From: Anaerolineae bacterium
GTDB lineage: Bacteria > Chloroflexota > Anaerolineae > 4572-78 > NAK82
Direction: 5' to 3'
Length of the DNA: 64,000 bases
Assembly: GCA_034436775.1 (NCBI GenBank)
Contig: DAOTVI010000044.1
Span: forward strand, 14,058-78,057
A program made the position numbers and the translations under genes. Each line of letters begins with the position of its first letter. Within the stretch, counting starts at the first letter, position 1. The notes under the pieces are model-generated. The model was not told the origin of the DNA, made no database searches, and saw nothing but the letters and a program-made list of their open reading frames with translations. This document shows, one piece after another, positions 54,603 through 64,000 of this stretch.

Positions 54603-55334
54603 ATGGAAATGTACTATCCTATCTGGTATGACCCGACGTTTTTCATCTTCATCGTGCCCGCCCTCATCTTGGGCTTGATCGCCCAAGCCGTAGTGCAAGG
54701 GCGTTTCAACCAATATTCCCAGGTGCGCACCCTGCGCGGGCTCACGGGCGCCCAGGCGGCACGTGCCATCCTGGACGCCAACGGCCTGGTGAACGTGACG
54801 ATCGAGGAGACCACCGGCTTCCTAAGCGACCACTATGATCCGCGTACGCGGACGTTGCGCCTGTCGCCGCAGGTGGCGCGCAGCCCGTCCATCGCCGCCG
54901 TGGGTGTCGCGGCGCACGAAGCTGGGCATGCCCTGCAGCACGCTTCAGGGTACTTTCCTCTGCAGATCCGCTCTGCAATGGTGCCGGCAGTGCAATTCGG
55001 CACCTGGCTGGGGCCGCTGGTCATCATGGCCGGCATCCTGCTCGAAGTGACCATGGGCGCTTTCCGGTTGGGCAACACGATTGCGTGGCTGGGCGTGGCT
55101 CTGTTTTCCTTGGTGGCGGTCTTTTCCTTCGTCACCCTGCCGGTTGAGCTCGACGCCAGTGCGCGCGCCCGGCAGCTGCTGATGCACTATCGCATCGTCA
55201 ATCAACAAGAACTGGCCGGCGTCAGCAGCGTGCTGAACGCCGCCGCCTGGACCTATGTCGTCGCAGCATTGGCAGCCCTGCTGCAGGTGCTGCGCTGGGT
55301 GATGATCCTCACTGCTTCTGAGCGCCGCAGGTGA
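54603..55334 (+). CDS. Membrane zinc metallopeptidase (Zn_peptidase_2 / YugP-like)
   Basis: The start is MEMYYPIWYDPTFFIF, with DHYDPRTRTLRLS, HEAGHALQH and C-terminal TM segments. The ORF-track start at 54438 is unlikely. Confidence 0.88.
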   Translation: MEMYYPIWYDPTFFIFIVPALILGLIAQAVVQGRFNQYSQVRTLRGLTGAQAARAILDANGLVNVTIEETTGFLSDHYDPRTRTLRLSPQVARSPSIAAVGVAAHEAGHALQHASGYFPLQIRSAMVPAVQFGTWLGPLVIMAGILLEVTMGAFRLGNTIAWLGVALFSLVAVFSFVTLPVELDASARARQLLMHYRIVNQQELAGVSSVLNAAAWTYVVAALAALLQVLRWVMILTASERRR

Positions 55335-55354
55335 TTTCTAACAGGTGACTTCCG

Positions 55355-56680
55355 ATGAAATGTGTGCGTTGGATCCGATTGATCAGCGTCGTGTTGGCGC
55401 TCACGACCATGGCGTGCAGCGCCTTGCCTTCTGTTCAGGTGTATCTCGAATGGCCGCCGCTAAACTCGGCGGCCTCCACCCCGGCAGCACAAGCGCGTGA
55501 CCAGGGCGGCGAGGAGCGCGGCGCGCTTTCGCAGGCGGCGCCCCCCTCGCCGGTCTACTTCCCCCCTACCGTGGCCCCTTCCCCCACCCCCCTGCCCGAA
55601 GCGGTGCTGCAACAAACTATGGCGGAAGACCAACTGTTGATCCATTTGTATGAGCGCATCAGCCCTTCCGTCGTGAGCATTCAGACCACCCGGGCCAGCA
55701 GCGGCAGGTTTATCCATCCGCCTCTTCCCCAGGGGATTCCCACCCCGCAGCTGCCTTTTCGCGAGTCGGGTGAGGGCTCCGGCTTTGTGATTGACACGCA
55801 AGGGCACATCGTCACCAACCACCACGTCGTTGCAGACACCCGCGAATTATTGGTGACCTTCTACGAAGGCACCAGCGTGCCCGCCACGGTGGTGGGCAGC
55901 GACCCGGACAGCGACCTGGCGGTCATCCAAGTGAACGTGCCGCCGGAAAGCTTGCGTCCGGTCGTCTGGGGCGATTCGGACCTGGTCAAGGTCGGGCAGC
56001 GTGCCATCGCCATCGGCAATCCGTTTGGCTATGAGAACACGCTTACCACAGGCATCATCAGCGGGCTGAGCCGCAGCCTGCCCGCGAGCACCGGCTATCG
56101 CATCCCCGAAATCATCCAGACCGACACAGCTATCAATCCGGGCAACTCCGGGGGGCCCCTGCTCAACATCCAGGGCGAGGTGATCGGGATCAACACAGCG
56201 ATCGTGCCCAACATCAACCTGTTGGGCGAACGCAGTTTTTTGGGGATCGGGTTTGCCGTCCCATCGAACATGGCCCGGCGCGTGGTGCCCGAATTAATTG
56301 CCAAGGGCTCCTATGATCATCCCTGGCTGGGCTTCTGGGGCACGGATGTGGTGCCGCAGATCGCCGCTGCTATGAACCTGTCTGAAGCGCGGGGAGCTTT
56401 GGTGATCGAAGTGGTGCCGAACAGCCCGGCCGCCAACGCCGGACTGCGCGGCGGCACGCGCGAGATCGCAGTGCTCGGCCGGCCGGTCACCATCGGCGGC
56501 GATGTCATCATCGGCATTGACGACACCACAGTGCGCCGCTTTGACGACATCCTGGTCTATTTGAGCCGCAAAGGAAGTGTGGGCCAGCAGGTGACGCTGA
56601 CCATCATCCGCGACGGCCAAGTTCAGACGCTCTCCGCCACGTTGGCAAAGCGTCCGCCACAGGCATTGCCGCGTGATTGA
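55355..56680 (+). CDS. HtrA/DegP-family serine protease with a PDZ domain
   Basis: It has a signal/lipobox-like N-terminus, the catalytic His in TNHHVV, DSDLAVIQV, the catalytic Ser in GNSGGPLLN, and a C-terminal PDZ. Confidence 0.92.
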   Translation: MKCVRWIRLISVVLALTTMACSALPSVQVYLEWPPLNSAASTPAAQARDQGGEERGALSQAAPPSPVYFPPTVAPSPTPLPEAVLQQTMAEDQLLIHLYERISPSVVSIQTTRASSGRFIHPPLPQGIPTPQLPFRESGEGSGFVIDTQGHIVTNHHVVADTRELLVTFYEGTSVPATVVGSDPDSDLAVIQVNVPPESLRPVVWGDSDLVKVGQRAIAIGNPFGYENTLTTGIISGLSRSLPASTGYRIPEIIQTDTAINPGNSGGPLLNIQGEVIGINTAIVPNINLLGERSFLGIGFAVPSNMARRVVPELIAKGSYDHPWLGFWGTDVVPQIAAAMNLSEARGALVIEVVPNSPAANAGLRGGTREIAVLGRPVTIGGDVIIGIDDTTVRRFDDILVYLSRKGSVGQQVTLTIIRDGQVQTLSATLAKRPPQALPRD

Positions 56681-56704
56681 TCCAAGTATAAAGGCAGCCT
56701 GCCA

Positions 56705-57802
56705 ATGACTTCTCCCGCGCAACGCCCTCCGACACGCTATCTGCTGGCGTGGACCTTGGTGGGTCTGGCGGCGCTCGTCGTGACCTTCTTTCTGATGTGG
56801 CCGGACCGCCTGGTCGGACCACGATCGGCGGCGATGGGCTACCTGACCGCCCCGGCGACCGAGCAGCGCGCCGGCCTTGCTCCCTCGGCGACCCCGTCCG
56901 AAACCCCGACTCTGGCGCCCATCTCTACCACCCCCGTTCAACACGCGTCTCCTGCGCCGGCACCAAGGGAAGTCGCCACACCTATTGCTTCCAGTGCTGC
57001 GTCCCGTTTCGACGGCACGCGCGCCTATCAGTTCGTGCTGGAACAGCTCGCGTTCGGTCCTCGCCCGGTCGGCTCCGCAGCCGGTTGGAAAACCGGGGAT
57101 TACATCATCCGGCAGCTGGAGTCATTCGGCTGGGAAGTGACCACCCAGGAATTCGTCTACAAAGGGGTGAAGGGACGCAACATCATCGGCAAAAGCGGCT
57201 CTGGACCTGTTCTCATCCTCGGGGCACATTACGACACGCGCCCGGTGGCCGATCAAGATCCCGACCCGGCTAAACGTACTGAGCCCATCCTGGGCGCCAA
57301 CGACGGCGCGAGCGGCGTGGCTGTGCTGCTCGAGCTGGCACGCGTGCTCGACCGCTCGGCACTCAAGCGTGAGGTGTGGCTGACGTTTTTCGATGCAGAG
57401 GATCGGGGACAGCTGGATGGCTGGCCTTTTTCGGTGGGCGCGATGGAGATGGCACGGTGGCTGCCTCTCCGACCAGAGGCCATGGTGCTCGTGGACATGG
57501 TCGGCGACGCCGACCAGCAAATCTACTACGAACACAACTCACACCCGGAGCTGGCCGCCACCATCTGGGGGGTGGCGAAGTCGCTCGGCTATGAGGCATA
57601 CTTCATTCCCCAGTACAAGTACGCCATCATTGATGACCACCTTCCGTTCGCCCAGCGCGGCATCCCCGCGGTGGACATCATTGATTTCGATTATCCCTAC
57701 TGGCACACCGTCCAGGACACGGCGGATAAGGTGAGCGCGGCCAGCCTGGAACGTGTGGGCCATACCCTGCAGGTGTGGCTGGAGAGCCTTCCGGCTAAAT
57801 AG
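56705..57802 (+). CDS. M28-family peptidase / glutaminyl-cyclase-like protein
   Basis: It has an N-terminal TM, then GRNIIGK..ILGAHYDTR, GANDGASGVAVLLELAR and FFDAEDRG. Confidence 0.85.
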   Translation: MTSPAQRPPTRYLLAWTLVGLAALVVTFFLMWPDRLVGPRSAAMGYLTAPATEQRAGLAPSATPSETPTLAPISTTPVQHASPAPAPREVATPIASSAASRFDGTRAYQFVLEQLAFGPRPVGSAAGWKTGDYIIRQLESFGWEVTTQEFVYKGVKGRNIIGKSGSGPVLILGAHYDTRPVADQDPDPAKRTEPILGANDGASGVAVLLELARVLDRSALKREVWLTFFDAEDRGQLDGWPFSVGAMEMARWLPLRPEAMVLVDMVGDADQQIYYEHNSHPELAATIWGVAKSLGYEAYFIPQYKYAIIDDHLPFAQRGIPAVDIIDFDYPYWHTVQDTADKVSAASLERVGHTLQVWLESLPAK

Positions 57803-59273
57803 CGGCGCGTCCGGCCGATTTATCGGGGTTTTGCCCGAGGATTTCCTCGCGACCGGGCAACCAGAGGAAGAACAGCGCGCCGAGCAGCTGCAAGCCACCC
57901 CCGACCAACAGGCACGAACGCACCCCCAGCGACTCCGCCAGCGCCGCACCCAGCAAAGGACCGATAAAAGAGGTGAAACTGCTCAACACATAGGTGGCTG
58001 CCACAAAGCGGGGACGCTTATCCTCCGGGCTCAGCGCCATCATCATCGCAAACAGGCCGATGTCGATTCCTGATGCGGCGAATCCCCACAGCGCTGCCAC
58101 AGCAGACAGCCATTCCATGGAAGGGATCATCACGGTCGCCAGGGGATAGAGTCCGAACGCCAGGCCGGAGAGGAGCAACACGATGCGATCGCCCCAGCGA
58201 TGCGACCAGCGCCCCCACAGAACATAACCCAGGGCCAGGAAGGCATATCCCACCCCTCCGCGCAGCCCGATGACCGTATCGCTGGCATGCAAATCGCGCA
58301 CCCAGTAGACGCTGAACAGGGCATAGGGTACATAAAGCGCCAGGCGGAAGACCAGGGTCGCCAGGCTGTAGCGCACAAACAGGGGACTTTCCGCAAAGGA
58401 GCGCAGAAACACCCGCGCTCCCTCCAGCCCACTGCGTCTCCCACGAGCCGCCTGAGAATCGGCGACAAACGGAGGCACGTGTATCTGGCCAAAATGGACC
58501 ATATGGAGCACCGCAGCCAGAAAGGAGAGCCCAAAGACGAGCTGATAGCCGAGAATGAAGGGGGTATAGTCGAGCAACAGGCCAAACAACGGAACAGAAA
58601 TGGCCGAAATGATGGTCATAATCGCCCAGCGCACCCCCAAGAACTGGGCACGTATTTGCACCGGGATCGCCTGCTGCATCACGGTGAAGAAAGAAGGCAC
58701 AAACACCGCCGTGGGAATGGCAGCCAGAGTCCAGATTGTCACCGCCAGAGGGGGCAGAACCGTCTTCTCAAAGGCCAAAGGCAACAGAGCGATCAGCAAG
58801 TAGGATGAACGGGCGATGATGCTGCTGATATTGGCAAGGCGCACCTGATCGGTGTGCCGTTCGGCATAAGCGCCTCCGGGAATGTAGGCGATCATGCCCA
58901 CCAAGAACTGGCCAGCGGTGAGCAAGCTCATCATGGTGGGTGAGGCACCTAACCGCGCCAGAAATACGGGCAGATAAGTGACGATACCACCCTCGATCAG
59001 GCCGACCCAGCTGCCGCTGATGATCAGATTGCGGCAATTGCGCGCCGTGACCGCGTCCAAGGTAGCGCCACAGAACGAGCGAATGAGGGCGGAAAAATGC
59101 TGCGATGGCGAATGCATAGAAGATCGTTTTCGAGAAATGTTCGCCTGAAAATGGAATAGGAGCTCCGATTGCGGGTGGCATCCCTCACGAAAGAAGGAAC
59201 AGGGTGAAGGCGCTTCCGCGTTGTCACCTGGTTCGATGGTCGCGCCCCAGAAGATGGGGGTTGAAACGCTCAA
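57795..59273 (-). CDS. MFS transporter
   Basis: It has 12 predicted TM segments. The GTG start at 59273 forms a GTGA overlap with the thiolase stop and has GGTGGAG 7 nt upstream. The alternative start is MHSPSQ at 59117. Confidence 0.8.
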   Translation of the reverse strand: MSVSTPIFWGATIEPGDNAEAPSPCSFFREGCHPQSELLFHFQANISRKRSSMHSPSQHFSALIRSFCGATLDAVTARNCRNLIISGSWVGLIEGGIVTYLPVFLARLGASPTMMSLLTAGQFLVGMIAYIPGGAYAERHTDQVRLANISSIIARSSYLLIALLPLAFEKTVLPPLAVTIWTLAAIPTAVFVPSFFTVMQQAIPVQIRAQFLGVRWAIMTIISAISVPLFGLLLDYTPFILGYQLVFGLSFLAAVLHMVHFGQIHVPPFVADSQAARGRRSGLEGARVFLRSFAESPLFVRYSLATLVFRLALYVPYALFSVYWVRDLHASDTVIGLRGGVGYAFLALGYVLWGRWSHRWGDRIVLLLSGLAFGLYPLATVMIPSMEWLSAVAALWGFAASGIDIGLFAMMMALSPEDKRPRFVAATYVLSSFTSFIGPLLGAALAESLGVRSCLLVGGGLQLLGALFFLWLPGREEILGQNPDKSAGRAAI

Positions 59274-60517
59274 TCACCAATCCACTCCACCAATGTGGCC
59301 ACGCCCATGCCCACCCCAACGCACATAGTGGCCAGGCCGTAATACGGACGGCGCTCATAGGGTGCACGTCGCTTCATCTCGTGCACCAGGGTTGTCAAAA
59401 TGCGCGCACCGGAGCAGCCGATAGGGTGGCCTAATGCGATGGCGCCGCCGTTGACATTGGTGATTTCGTGGCGCATTCCCAGTTGGCGCATCACCGCCAA
59501 CGCCTGGGCGGCAAATGCCTCGTTCAGCTCGATGAGGCCGATATCGTCCACGCGCAAGCCAAACCGGGACAGCAGTTTGCGCGTCGCCGGCACCGGGCCA
59601 TAGCCCATCACTCCCGGATCGACCCCCGCCACCGCCGAGCCGACCCAGCGCACCAACGGCTTCAGCCCCAGTGCCTGCGCTTTGCGCGCGCTGGTCAAGA
59701 GCAGCGCCGCTGCACCATCGTTGATGCCGCTCGAATTTCCGGCGGTCACCGTGCCTCCGGCGCGAAAAGCGGGTTTGAGCGCGGCCAGTTGCTCCATACT
59801 GGTGTCCAGCACATAACGCCCTGCGACGCGTTTGCAACGCGGATGCTCGTCCGTGTCTACCACCACGGGATCTCCCTTGGGCTGTGGCACCGCGATGGGC
59901 ACGATCTCGTCGCGAAACCGGCCGGCGTTCATCGCCTCCACCGCGCGCCGTTGGCTTTCCAGAGCGAAGGCATCCTGCTCCGCGCGCGTGATGCCCATTT
60001 CCTGAGCGATGTTCTCGGCGGTCTCCCCCAGGCTGATGATAGGGTACAAGGCCTCCATACGGGGATTGTTGAACCGCCAGCCCAGCGTGGTATCCCACAT
60101 CTGCCAGTGGCCGATGGGCTGGGCGCATTCCGGCTTGGGCACCGCCCAGGGCGCACGGCTCATGCTCTCCACCCCGCCGCCGATGAAGACATCCCCTTCC
60201 CCGACGATGATCGCCTTGGCGGCCAGGTTGACTGCTTCCAGGCCAGAGGCACAATTGCGGTTGATGGTGATGCCGCTCACCTCCTTGGGGAATCCGGCCA
60301 ACAGCACCGCCATGCGCGCCACATCGCGGTTGTCCTCGCCCGCCTGATTGCCACATCCGGCATAGACATCCTCGATCAAGCCGGCATCCAGGCCAACCCG
60401 TGCGACCAGTTGCCGCAGCACCTCGGCCAGCAGATCGTCCGGACGAATGCCCGAGAGGACACCGTTGTGGCGCCCAATAGGGGAACGCACGGCATCAACA
60501 ATCACCGCCTCTTCCAT
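59270..60517 (-). CDS. Acetyl-CoA C-acetyltransferase (thiolase II)
   Basis: The start is [15 protein letters not shown], preceded by AAGGAGAGG. It has [30 protein letters not shown] and CVGVGMG. Confidence 0.93.
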   Translation of the reverse strand: MEEAVIVDAVRSPIGRHNGVLSGIRPDDLLAEVLRQLVARVGLDAGLIEDVYAGCGNQAGEDNRDVARMAVLLAGFPKEVSGITINRNCASGLEAVNLAAKAIIVGEGDVFIGGGVESMSRAPWAVPKPECAQPIGHWQMWDTTLGWRFNNPRMEALYPIISLGETAENIAQEMGITRAEQDAFALESQRRAVEAMNAGRFRDEIVPIAVPQPKGDPVVVDTDEHPRCKRVAGRYVLDTSMEQLAALKPAFRAGGTVTAGNSSGINDGAAALLLTSARKAQALGLKPLVRWVGSAVAGVDPGVMGYGPVPATRKLLSRFGLRVDDIGLIELNEAFAAQALAVMRQLGMRHEITNVNGGAIALGHPIGCSGARILTTLVHEMKRRAPYERRPYYGLATMCVGVGMGVATLVEWIGD

Positions 60518-60625
60518 AACACCTCTCCTTGGCACACCATTTTCGTCTAAGCGATGGGAGGGGCACGAACAATCGCGAGGCTATTGACCTCCTTGTCCTT
60601 ATGGACACCGACCTGAATCCAGTGT

Positions 60626-61657
60626 CTAGTCGTCCAGATGATGCAACCGACGCAACTCGGCTATATATGCGCGGACATCTCGTTCGGGACGGGGTGAAGG
60701 CCCCAGCGGATCCACCACCGTGGCATCGCCCAACAGAGCATAAAAGGTGTTGAGCACGCCGTGGGCAAGCACCTGCAGGTTGTAACCGCCCTCTAATACG
60801 AAGACGATGCGGCCGTGACAGAGCTCCTCGGCCAGAGCGACCAATGTGCGCGCCAGCCAGGCATAGCCGGTCAACGAAAGCGCCAGGTCGGCCAGCGGGT
60901 CGCTGTGATGGGCATCGTAACCGGCCGAAACCAGGATCAAATCGGGCTTGAAACGGCGCGTCGCCGGCACCACCACCTCGTCATAGAGCATCTGAAAGGC
61001 GCGGTCGCCGGCGCCGGCTGCCAGCGGTATGTTGATCCAATTGCCCCGTGTGGCGCCGCTGCCGATCTCGTGCATCGCACCGCTGCCCGGATAGTGGGGA
61101 AACTGATGGGTGGAGATGTAACAGATTCCCGGGTCGTCCGCGACAAGCGCCTGGGTGCCGTTCCCGTGATGCACATCGAAGTCCACGATCACCACGCGCT
61201 CCGCCCCGTGCACCTGGCGCGCGGTCAACGCTGCCAGGGCCACATTGCCGAAGATGCAGAAGCCCATTCCATGTCCCGACAAGGCGTGGTGTCCGGGCGG
61301 GCGCACCAGGGCAAACGCATTGCGCATTGTGCCGTTGAGCACTGCGCTGCTTGCTTCAATCGTGCTGCCGGCGGCCACCACGGCCACATCAAAAGTATCC
61401 GGGGTGACATACGTATCCGGATCGAGATAACCACCCCCGCGCTCCGCCATCTGCCGCACGGTCTCAATGTAGCGCGGATGATGGGCGCGCTCCAGCTCCT
61501 CCCGCATGGCCGGACGTGCTGGGATGCGCACCAATCGCTCCAACACCCCGCTGGACGCCAGCTGCTGCATAATCGCCTCGAGGCGGTGGTGATTTTCCGG
61601 ATGCCCCGCCAGCGTGTGTTTCAGAAAGATTTCATCGTACACATAGCCCGTGTCCAT
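60626..61657 (-). CDS. Histone deacetylase-family protein (acetoin utilisation/acetylpolyamine amidohydrolase-like)
   Basis: It has RPPGHHA, DFDVHHGNGTQ, SAGYDAH and EGGYN. Confidence 0.92.
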   Translation of the reverse strand: MDTGYVYDEIFLKHTLAGHPENHHRLEAIMQQLASSGVLERLVRIPARPAMREELERAHHPRYIETVRQMAERGGGYLDPDTYVTPDTFDVAVVAAGSTIEASSAVLNGTMRNAFALVRPPGHHALSGHGMGFCIFGNVALAALTARQVHGAERVVIVDFDVHHGNGTQALVADDPGICYISTHQFPHYPGSGAMHEIGSGATRGNWINIPLAAGAGDRAFQMLYDEVVVPATRRFKPDLILVSAGYDAHHSDPLADLALSLTGYAWLARTLVALAEELCHGRIVFVLEGGYNLQVLAHGVLNTFYALLGDATVVDPLGPSPRPERDVRAYIAELRRLHHLDD

Positions 61658-61728
61658 CAGCGCTCATCATAGAGGGAGACCCCCAAAAGAGCAAGTCCTG
61701 GCAAGACATTCCGCCGGTTCATCCCATG

Positions 61729-61757
61729 TTGACGACCCTTTGGCATCTTGTTATGAT
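61729..61757 (+). promoter_or_regulatory. Putative promoter of the GT-C glycosyltransferase gene
   Basis: TTGACG, 17-nt spacer, TATGAT with a TG extension (tTGtTATGAT). Confidence 0.4.
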
Positions 61758-61801
61758 GGGGTGGTGTCATCCGATCCCCCGACGATAAGAGGGTAGCAGC
61801 T

Positions 61802-64000
61802 GTGGCATGGAACCTCAGCTGGTCTCCCATAGGGCCTGCATCCGCTCCCGCGCAGGCCGGCCTGCCCCGACGGCGCACGGTGACTCGCCTTGCCGGGGCT
61901 CTCTGTGCTCTGGCATTGGGCTGGATCGCGCAAGGGTTGCTGCAGGACCACTGGTTGTGGGAAGGCCTTGTGCTCTATGCCGTGGCCGCCTGGTTCTTCG
62001 TGCGGCAGCTGCGCCAGGCGCCACCTGAGATCACCCACGCGGACTCACCCGAGGCCACCCCGCTGCCCCTTTCTTGGGGTTCCGAGCGCGGCCGTGCGAA
62101 AAGCGCTCTCCGCTATCTGGGCTTCGGCATCGCGGGGCTGAGCGTGGTTCTGTCCGGCATCGGCCTGCTCCACTTCGGCCGCCAGGACAATGCGACGGGC
62201 TGGCTGTACTACCTGGCCAGCTGTGGCGTCTTCATCCTCGGAGTGAAATTGGCTGCGTGGCCGGATGTCGGTGCGCAGCCCTCGGGCCATGCATCAGAGA
62301 CCCGCGGCGGCTGGCTGCGGGTGGAGGTGTGGCTGCTGGTCATCTTGGCGCTTGCGCTCTTCTTCCGCCTGTATCGGTTCCACGCGGTGCCCTTCGGCGT
62401 CTGGTATGATGAAGCGGTGGCCGGGATCGAGGCGCGCCTCGTGTGGGACGACCCGAACTTTCGCCCTCTCTTTTGGGAGTCAATGAACCATCCCGCCCAC
62501 CATCTCTACCTGTTCGCGCTGTCCTTGCGCCTCTTCGGGGACACGATTTGGGGGCTGCGCGCCCTCAGCGTCGCCTTTGGCATGGGCACCGTGATCGCGG
62601 CCTATCTCTTTGGCAATGCGCTGCGCGGGCGGGGCTGGGGCTTGTTGCTCGCCTTTCTGGTGGCCACGGCACGTTGGGATGTCAATTTCAGCCGCATCGC
62701 CATGAACAGCATTGACGTGCCCTTCTTCGCCTTCCTGACCCTCTTCTGCGCGGTGCGCGCCTGGCGTAGCCGGTTGCAATCGCCCGGCTGGGTGGCCGCC
62801 ACCGGCCTGGCGTTGGGGCTGGGATTGTGCTTCCATACCGCCTTTCGCCTCTTCGCAGCGGCTTTCGTGCTGTTCGGCGGGGCGCTCCTGATCCTGCAGG
62901 CCGGGCGATGGTCGGAGGGCACAGAAGTCCAGGACGGACGTGCTGCTTCTCGCCGGCCCCCCGGCGGAGGGTTGCCGGTGCTATATCCTGGCGTGTTGTT
63001 CCTGGTGGCTGTGTGGTTGGCGACGGCGCCGGTGGTGCAGTTTGCCCTCACCCAGCCGACGGTCTTCTGGCAACGCACCCGCACGGTGGCCATCTTCACC
63101 AACCGCGAGAACCCCGACCTGGCCATGGCTCTGCTCCACAATGTCCGTAAGCATGCGCTGATGTTCAACTACCGCGGTGACCCTAACGGGCGGCACAACC
63201 TGCCCGGCGCTCCCATGCTCGACCGCCTTTCCGGAGTGCTCTTCGTGTTGGGTCTGGCGCTGGCGATAGCCCGCCGCGACCGGACGAGCCGTTTCTTCTT
63301 GCTCTTGTTCCCTGTCGGGCTGGCCGGTGGCATCTTCTCGCTCGATTTCGAGGCGCCTCAGTCATTGCGTTCGATTGCCGCGCTTCCGGCGGTGCTCTAC
63401 TTCATCGCGCTCAGCCTGGACGCCCTGTGGCGCGAATGGCGCTGGAGCGCCGCGATTGTCCGACCACGCTGGAGCTGGGTTGCCGTCGTGCTGGGGTTGG
63501 GGATCATCACGGTCGAGAACGCCCACATGTATTTCGGGCGCCAGGCGAACGACATTGCCGTGTGGCAATCCTTCTCCACGCCGGAGACGCTCATCGGCAT
63601 GCAAGTCGCCCAACTGGGAGCGCGACCGATTTACTACTTCTCCCCGCTCGTGCACGACCATCCTACCATCCGTTTCCTGGCACCGCAGCGTCCTGTGGCG
63701 GATGGTCTGCCGGGCGTGCGCAAGATCATGCCCCTGCCCGACCCCCTGCCGGCGCGCGAAGCCGACGACCGACCGGTGGTTTATTTCGTGCATCCGGACG
63801 AGGCATGGGTGATCAGCCTGGCACGCCAGATATACCCCAACGCGCGCATTGTCGAGCTGCCGGGCGAGCCGCGTTATCCGGTGGTGGCCACGATGATCGT
63901 GTTGCAGCCGGAGGATGTGCAGAGTGTCCAGGGGCTGGACATGCGCTACTGGCGTGACGAGGACATGCGCCAGCCTCCCCTGAAATTGGAACGTTGGCGC
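61802..64000 (+). CDS. GT39/ArnT/PMT-like GT-C membrane glycosyltransferase (3' end outside the window; absent from the ORF track)
   Basis: This frame has a TGA at 61754-61756, a GTG at 61802, and no stop through 64000 (733 codons, translated by eye). It reads WLLVILALALFFRLYRFHAVPFGVWYDEAVAG.., with a GT-C type DE loop motif, many TM segments and FNYRGDPNGRHNLPGAPMLD. Confidence 0.8.
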   Translation, partial: MAWNLSWSPIGPASAPAQAGLPRRRTVTRLAGALCALALGWIAQGLLQDHWLWEGLVLYAVAAWFFVRQLRQAPPEITHADSPEATPLPLSWGSERGRAKSALRYLGFGIAGLSVVLSGIGLLHFGRQDNATGWLYYLASCGVFILGVKLAAWPDVGAQPSGHASETRGGWLRVEVWLLVILALALFFRLYRFHAVPFGVWYDEAVAGIEARLVWDDPNFRPLFWESMNHPAHHLYLFALSLRLFGDTIWGLRALSVAFGMGTVIAAYLFGNALRGRGWGLLLAFLVATARWDVNFSRIAMNSIDVPFFAFLTLFCAVRAWRSRLQSPGWVAATGLALGLGLCFHTAFRLFAAAFVLFGGALLILQAGRWSEGTEVQDGRAASRRPPGGGLPVLYPGVLFLVAVWLATAPVVQFALTQPTVFWQRTRTVAIFTNRENPDLAMALLHNVRKHALMFNYRGDPNGRHNLPGAPMLDRLSGVLFVLGLALAIARRDRTSRFFLLLFPVGLAGGIFSLDFEAPQSLRSIAALPAVLYFIALSLDALWREWRWSAAIVRPRWSWVAVVLGLGIITVENAHMYFGRQANDIAVWQSFSTPETLIGMQVAQLGARPIYYFSPLVHDHPTIRFLAPQRPVADGLPGVRKIMPLPDPLPAREADDRPVVYFVHPDEAWVISLARQIYPNARIVELPGEPRYPVVATMIVLQPEDVQSVQGLDMRYWRDEDMRQPPLKLERWR

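Noticed and set aside
1-64000. tRNA, rRNA, tmRNA, prophage, defence-island and toxin-antitoxin signatures
   Set aside because: No cloverleaf-compatible sequences with GTTCGAATC-type T-loops occur in intergenic DNA. There are no rRNA-like stretches and no integrase, capsid, nuclease-helicase or small paired ORF modules. Absence is judged by eye only.

Overview
GC-rich bacterial chromosomal window. Protein families, Pro/Thr-rich linkers and TTGACN-17-TAnnAT promoters with a TG extension look Chloroflexota-like, but that is an inference and no search could be run. It is mostly housekeeping and transport. Left to right: the 3' end of a radical-SAM/SPASM peptide-maturase gene, coupled to an unusual HPr-kinase-like/SipW-type peptidase fusion; xseAB; a giant GH-like/SpoIID wall enzyme; an OmpR-type two-component pair; dnaA with no dnaN beside it; a 6.4-kb minus-strand operon behind a cobalamin riboswitch; uxaC and an alcohol dehydrogenase; a RarA-methyltransferase fusion; a sugar ABC/ribokinase/DUF763/BadF-kinase operon; glcFD-like oxidase genes; dnaK preceded by a small Cys-rich ORF; a complete mrpABCDEFG antiporter operon; proteases; a thiolase/deacetylase/MFS operon; and a GT-C glycosyltransferase gene that runs off the right edge and is absent from the ORF track. 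The best candidate for an undescribed system is the riboswitch operon (13106-19947). It encodes an ECF importer (fused EcfA-EcfA, long EcfT, 275-aa S-like component) plus two secreted proteins with DUF4430-type (transcobalamin beta-domain-like) modules. One of these also carries an alpha/alpha-toroid repeat domain. Mobile and repeat content: an internally deleted IS with intact 24-bp inverted repeats, an ISAs1-type transposase remnant, and a roughly 260-310 bp dispersed element (2 copies) with nested GC-rich palindromes and a hairpin whose stem covaries between copies. No rRNA, tRNA or CRISPR array was seen. All family assignments rest on motifs read by eye.
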